A stretch of DNA of 63,875 nt, filler included, from Globobulimina sp. (lineage: Eukaryota), in the NCBI GenBank assembly GCA_003354225.1. It is 50 parts of 50 records of this genome, joined end to end, with 100 filler letters (N's around TTAATTAATTAA, not from the genome) between each part and the next. Parts side by side here need not be neighbours in the genome. Positions count along the whole stretch, not along the records: positions 57,581 to 58,759 come from PIVH01021569.1; positions 58,860 to 60,038 come from PIVH01021570.1; positions 60,139 to 61,317 come from PIVH01021571.1; positions 61,418 to 62,596 come from PIVH01021572.1; positions 62,697 to 63,875 come from PIVH01021573.1; 45 more parts are not named here. One strand, 5' to 3'. Below, one piece after another: positions 58,344-63,875 of this stretch. The notes below the pieces were generated by a model. That model was not told the origin of the DNA. It was given only the letters and a program-made list of their open reading frames with translations, and searched no databases. Each line of letters begins with the position of its first letter. The stretch's first letter is position 1. Both the position numbers and the translations under genes were made by a program.

Positions 58344-58759
58344 TTAAATATATGATTGCTTTAATTCTTCATTTTCATGAATATTATCACTATCATCTGA
58401 ATGTTGTTGATTTTTAAAGCTTTGTATAATAGTTTCATAATAATAATCAACATGCAATGCTTCATATTGTTGCACTTCCACTGTAATATGCCGTCTATAT
58501 TCATCCAACTTCCCTCTTAACTCTTTTATCTCAGCCTGCGTACAAAACTCCGCATTTTTTAAAAATTCTTTAACTCCCGGAGTCTCAATATTTTCTACCA
58601 ATTCTTCATAAGTTATCTCCTCAATCCATCGCATATGGTCCTCTATCACCTCACCATCATTCACATCAACAGTATGCATCGCATTCGCACCATCCTGCCA
58701 ATAATAATCATCATTGTCAATATTCTCATGCCTTACCCTTTCACTTTCATTTTGATTCG
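58344..58759 (-). CDS. C-terminal fragment of a hypothetical protein
   Basis: Acidic helical ORF convergent with the 57582 gene. Confidence 0.5.
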
Positions 58760-58859
58760 NNNNNNNNNNNNNNNNNNNNNNNNNNNNNNNNNNNNNNNNN
58801 NNNTTAATTAATTAANNNNNNNNNNNNNNNNNNNNNNNNNNNNNNNNNNNNNNNNNNNN

Positions 58860-59614
58860 TGATAAAAATGTTAAAAACAAATGGAGCTGATATCGATGGT
58901 TATAATCTTGTTATGGATTATTTGAAACAGTTTAATTCAAAGCTGGTGTTGAATGGATATTATCCATCGGAAAAATCAAATAATTACAATATTGAATTTG
59001 AATTAATACATGAATTGAAAAATGAATTTGATGCTGTCAAATATAACAAATTATGTAAAAACATCATTGAAAACGCGCATAAATCTGGTTATTATAAACA
59101 TGATAATATTAAAAAATTAGATTTAGATTGTGATGATTTTAAAAATGATAAATGTGATTGGAGAAATTTTGAGAATTGGAAATGGAATGAGTTTAATAAA
59201 AGGAATGCTTTTATGAAAGACTTTAAATTTAAAACTGTATTATGTAATGTTTGTGATTTAGGTGAAGATGGACCTGCAGCTGATCCAGTAATTGCATTTT
59301 GGCATTGGTTTCCAAATCAACATAAATTAGTATATGGACAAATGTTAAAATATTATGATGGCATTGAACAAGATAAAAAATTAAAATTAAAAAAATTAAA
59401 ACAAGTATTACCAAACGTCTTTTCTTTAAGAACTATGATTGTTAATAATGATTATCGAAACATACTAAAAAATATCTCCGGCTGTGTATCGCGTGGTGAT
59501 ATGGTACAAATCCAATTGATTAACAAACCTCAAACAAATGAAGATCTTGATCTTATTGCTGAAAAATGGAGATTTATGTTTCAAAAATTTCTTCATTTTC
59601 GTAATGTTACTTAA
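58860..59614 (+). CDS. C-terminal part of a hypothetical protein
   Basis: Open frame of about 250 aa; no family recognised. Confidence 0.6.
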
Positions 59615-60138
59615 CTACTTTTCAATGTTCTTTACTTGCGATGAAATGTACAATAAATGATTCGGTAATTTCAGGAGCAACATCGGAAAAAAAAGCCAAA
59701 ACATAAAAAAAAACGAAAACAATAAAAATACAGAATAAAATGAAAGTAAATATGAAAATAAAATCAATCAGTAACAGTAACAGTTAAATCCTATTATTCA
59801 TTCAGTAAAAAAAACAGAAATGTGAGATTGAAATTTGATGGCAATGAGCAATACAACACAAACATTACAAACAGTTTATATAATTGATAATAAAAGAGGT
59901 CAATCACTAACTATGTATTGTTGGATGATGCTTGTGATGGATCCAAAAGCCGTTGAAAAAAGTCACTGATATCCACACCATTTTGGTTTTGGTCTCTTCC
60001 TCCAAGAACAACCTGTGTCCTATCTCCTGATTGCAAATNNNNNNNNNNNNNNNNNNNNNNNNNNNNNNNNNNNNNNNNNNNNTTAATTAATTAANNNNNN
60101 NNNNNNNNNNNNNNNNNNNNNNNNNNNNNNNNNNNNNN

Positions 60139-60695
60139 CTAACTGCTGCTTCTTTATTCCATTCTGGTTTCTTATTTGGGGGCAATAAATCTTCCGAGAA
60201 AGCCGCGATAATTTTACCATTATGTTTTAAATTCAAAACATCTCTGATATGATATGTTCTTTTTCTTGTCGATAATCCAGCGTCTCTTTGGTATTGATTC
60301 AACGAAAGTGATATGGTATAATGTTTCAATGGTATTGCTTTTTTAATTGGTTGCGATGGTATTACATTGATATTATTAATGTGATTCATCTTTGGTTTGC
60401 TTTTTGCATCTTTTGGGATCATATTGTTGCGGATATGCGGGTAGTCTGTATACATTTTTATAGTAACGTTGTTTGGGGAGTTTATATTAGGTAATTTTTT
60501 ATGGGGAGTTATGTTGGTATATTTGTTTAGTTTTTGTGAGCATTTTGTTTTATTCTTTGTATATTTATTTGTTATTTTATAATATACATTTTCTCTTTCA
60601 ATTATGTGGACAAATTTTATGTACGGTGAGTTACCTTCTGAGGCAGCGTACAGTATATAGCAAATTAGTAGTTTAAAAATGTAAGATGTAAGCAT
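60139..60695 (-). CDS. Hypothetical protein with a hydrophobic N-terminus; possible start of an APE/EEP endonuclease domain
   Basis: TISLSLNQYQRDAGL...IIAAFSED loosely resembles EEP motifs I and II; truncated by the contig end. Confidence 0.3.
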
Positions 60696-61418
60696 CCGAG
60701 GTTGGATGTCTAGGGGGGAGGAATTGATTTCTTAGTGTTTTGAAGATCTCATTGTTAAAAACAGGATCGGCTCGAAACATGATGGACGGTGTTTTCTTGT
60801 GACTGCATTTTATTCAACATTTTTAAACAAAATGAATAAACCATAAGCATTTTGCAGCAAATTGAATCAGTATAAATATACGTCAATATCATGCAATTTG
60901 AAACAAGAAGAAGGCTCCAAATGGTATTAACTTGAGACAAACATATTTGGATTGGTTTGCGCCAACAACAATCCAAAATTATTATTTACATTTCTTTCTT
61001 ACTTTCTTCTTTATTTTTATTTCAATCGAAAGAAGAACAATTATTTGCTATTAAGCGAAATAATTAAGAATTATAAAATGAGACGATCTGATAATCTGAT
61101 TCTCGATGTTTAAATATTATTTTGGTTACAATTTCGATGATAAATATTGTTTCATTGCGTTACGGATTTTCTCCTGTCTCGACGCAACAAACGTTATCAT
61201 CCCAGGCGTCACCATAACAGAATGTACTTTTTCATGATTTGGCAACTTCCTCATTCTCATACACCATGCATATATATTCGGATAATTATCTTTTAAATAT
61301 CGCGTGCCATCCCGATCNNNNNNNNNNNNNNNNNNNNNNNNNNNNNNNNNNNNNNNNNNNNTTAATTAATTAANNNNNNNNNNNNNNNNNNNNNNNNNNN
61401 NNNNNNNNNNNNNNNNNA

Positions 61419-62041
61419 TGGGAAGGAACTGACGGCGATGCACCATATTCATCCTCATCGTATATCAATTTATTCAGTGAATGGAATTTATTTTATCCGA
61501 AATTGATCGAATTGATTAATGATTGGAATATTGATGGGATCGATATTGATATAGAAGATTGTTATGATAATGATTATAATTTGGTACGTGATAATTATGA
61601 AAATATAATGAAACTAATAACAAATTTGAAAAATGATTTAGGTGAAGGTTTTATCATTGTATTTTCTCCGGTGGCTGAGGCAATATTTAACGATGATATT
61701 TATGGTGGTTTATCAGGGTTTAATTATAAACAGTTAGTGTTAGAGAGTGAGTGTGGTCCCATGATTGATTGGCTTAATTTACAATTTTATGATGGATGGG
61801 GTGAATTATACACAGTTAATCAATATGAGGAATGTATAAAACAGGGATATCAATCGCGAATAAATTAGTTGCTGGCATGTTAACTTCGAATGCTATCAAT
61901 AAGAAAGCGGTAAAAAATACCATAAATGCTTTAGCCAAACAATATGGTGATGCGTTTGGTGGAGTGTTTATCTATGCTGGAAATTCAAAACATACAATGA
62001 CATGGAGCAAAAAAGTATATAATGCAATGAATGAAAAATGA
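61419..62041 (+). CDS. GH18 chitinase-like protein, C-terminal part, with a frameshift near 61855
   Basis: NIDGIDIDIE (DxxDxDxE), IDWLNLQFYDGWG; continues as NKLVAGMLTS...FGGVF in another frame. Confidence 0.85.
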
Positions 62042-62696
62042 AAATCTATTTTAAGTTTGTTTTTTCATAATGTCTATGGCAGTATTTTAACTAATCTCCA
62101 TTTTTTATTGATATTTATATCTTTTTTTTTTAAATAGTTATATATTTTTATAGCGTCAACCAACACAAATTACTGCCGCGATTACAAAGTCGCGATTGGG
62201 TTAATCATACCCATCAATTCAAAATGCATAATTCTCCAATGTCAGATTCTGATTGACTCCTCTCCAAATGCGCCGGATGGGATAGGTTATCCACGTGGGG
62301 GGCGGGCTAAGATGCAGGTTTTTGTTAGACTGTCTCTAACTTACGTGATGGAGGTAGCAATCAAAACTTCGTCTCCTTGCATTATTGATGTGTTTGATGT
62401 GGCGTCGGATAAAGAAAAATCAAGGTCTAGGTCAGAGTCTACATTACTGGATGATAGCACTCCAATGCATTATGGTAGTTTGGGAATATTTGAAACACCG
62501 GCGCTCCCTGGAATTTATGCGTTCGTAGGACTGACGGCTAGCGGCCCTCAAGCACCATCTGGGTAATCAGCCAACCGGCCTTTTCCTTGGTGATCANNNN
62601 NNNNNNNNNNNNNNNNNNNNNNNNNNNNNNNNNNNNNNNNTTAATTAATTAANNNNNNNNNNNNNNNNNNNNNNNNNNNNNNNNNNNNNNNNNNNN

Positions 62697-63584
62697 ATCA
62701 CAGATTTTGCAACGATATCACAGATTAAAGAGATCACAGAGCCCCATTCCATTTCAACGATGCACGCTGAGTTTCGCGAAATGCAAACTGCATTGAGCGA
62801 AGGAAGAAGTATCGGAGATGATGTTTTGAAGCAAAAAGAAAGGAATATTCATTCTGGATTAACAGAATTACGGAAGCATAATTTATTCAAATATAAAGGT
62901 GTTGCAAGGTCACTTGTTTTGGTTGAAAGAAATTACCCATTTGAACAATGGCTGCTCAATTTGAGATTGGATCCATCAAAGCCCTTTATTCGTAAAACAT
63001 ATATAGTGGCTTCAACTCATCAAGGAACTTGGAATCAATATTCGCATCAACAAATTCCTGCTGGTCATATCTTTGTTGTATGGAAACATAATGTTAAGGA
63101 AGGAATTTTGATCGGATCAAATAAGGTAATCGTAAATAAAGATTCTAAATGGAAAGTTAAAGAAATAATTCGTGGCGATTTGGAGAAAGTTCCTGGTTTT
63201 GAATGTGTACATGTTGAATTGGAGCAAATTGATGATTTTCAACATTCATCTGACGATTGTTTAGAGGCATTAAAAGGTTTTGCTTCTGCTGTGCCAGACA
63301 CATCAGATTCTAAGGCATTAAAAGGTTTTACTGCTAGATCTGATGTGAAGACAAATGGCATGTATGTACAAGGAACAATGTTTGCTGGTTGTCAACAGGA
63401 TATATATTGGACATACGTTGTAAAAGGACATAACAAGCAATTGGCTGATGCCAAGTTGGGAGTTGGAGGGACCGATGGAGAATGGGCATTAGTCTTGCTA
63501 TTGACAGAAACAAGTGGAAGAAAAACAGAACATTACGTGAGAAAATATAAAGCTCCTAATGCGCGGAAACTACTTAATTTTTAA
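62697..63584 (+). CDS. Partial hypothetical protein, possibly with a degenerate ADP-ribosyltransferase-like domain
   Basis: IHSGLTEL...YKGVARS...YIVASTH...GHIFVV...VIVNKDSKWKVKEI follows the strand order of R-S-E ARTs, but there is no clear catalytic Glu. Confidence 0.4.
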   Translation: MTDFATISQIKEITEPHSISTMHAEFREMQTALSEGRSIGDDVLKQKERNIHSGLTELRKHNLFKYKGVARSLVLVERNYPFEQWLLNLRLDPSKPFIRKTYIVASTHQGTWNQYSHQQIPAGHIFVVWKHNVKEGILIGSNKVIVNKDSKWKVKEIIRGDLEKVPGFECVHVELEQIDDFQHSSDDCLEALKGFASAVPDTSDSKALKGFTARSDVKTNGMYVQGTMFAGCQQDIYWTYVVKGHNKQLADAKLGVGGTDGEWALVLLLTETSGRKTEHYVRKYKAPNARKLLNF

Positions 63585-63875
63585 CAATGGATTATTCATA
63601 TTGATTTTTTAACATTTAATTTTATTTTCTTTTAGGCATCAGCACACTAACTTTTTCGTCATTTTGCGTGCTTTGCGCTTTTTGTATTGTGTGTTGTATC
63701 AATCAGATAGGTTCCAAAAGGAAAGACTTCAATTCATCGAATTGACAAAGTTAGAAAAGTGAAAAGAAAGTAAAATCACTAATTCAGTGTCATTTCATTC
63801 GTCTCAGCAACGATATCAAGGTTATCACTCAATTAAAAACTTAATGTGCTACAAAATATGTAAGTAATTGTTTAT

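Noticed and set aside
62160..62566. GC-richer open frame after the chitinase gene
   Set aside because: No recognisable motif, and the coding strand could not be decided.
1181..62696. Regularly spaced identical TTAATTAATTAA repeats as a CRISPR-like or biological array
   Set aside because: Each is flanked by exactly 44 N on both sides. This is an assembly spacer with stops in six frames.

Overview
This window is not one continuous locus. It is an artificial concatenation of 50 short, length-sorted contigs (25 of 1180 bp, then 25 of 1179 bp). They are joined by 49 identical 100-bp linkers (N44-TTAATTAATTAA-N44, a six-frame stop spacer), so gene neighbourhood only has meaning within a contig. 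Most contigs are AT-rich eukaryotic DNA with short (about 50-100 nt) GT-AG introns. Their content (EFL-type elongation factor paralog, 7TM-RGS, PT-repeat surface proteins, SAM-domain receptors) suggests a foraminiferan or other rhizarian protist; this is inference. Mixed in are metazoan-like contigs with TTTCAG acceptors, one bacterial contig (higA, PilZ, Cys-rich repeat protein), two Maverick/Polinton-adintovirus fragments, MULE and Gypsy remnants, two MITEs, a 146-bp satellite and an HNH nuclease. The most notable items are: signal-peptide proteins carrying normally cytosolic ubiquitin-system domains (SP-LRR-RING with no TM; SP plus tandem Ubl-like); a recurring ~30-aa helical module in three unrelated ORFs; head-to-head genes separated by only about 19-67 bp; and an in-frame phage/Arf-GTPase fusion that is probably a chimera. 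All family assignments come from motif recognition by eye; no database search was run.
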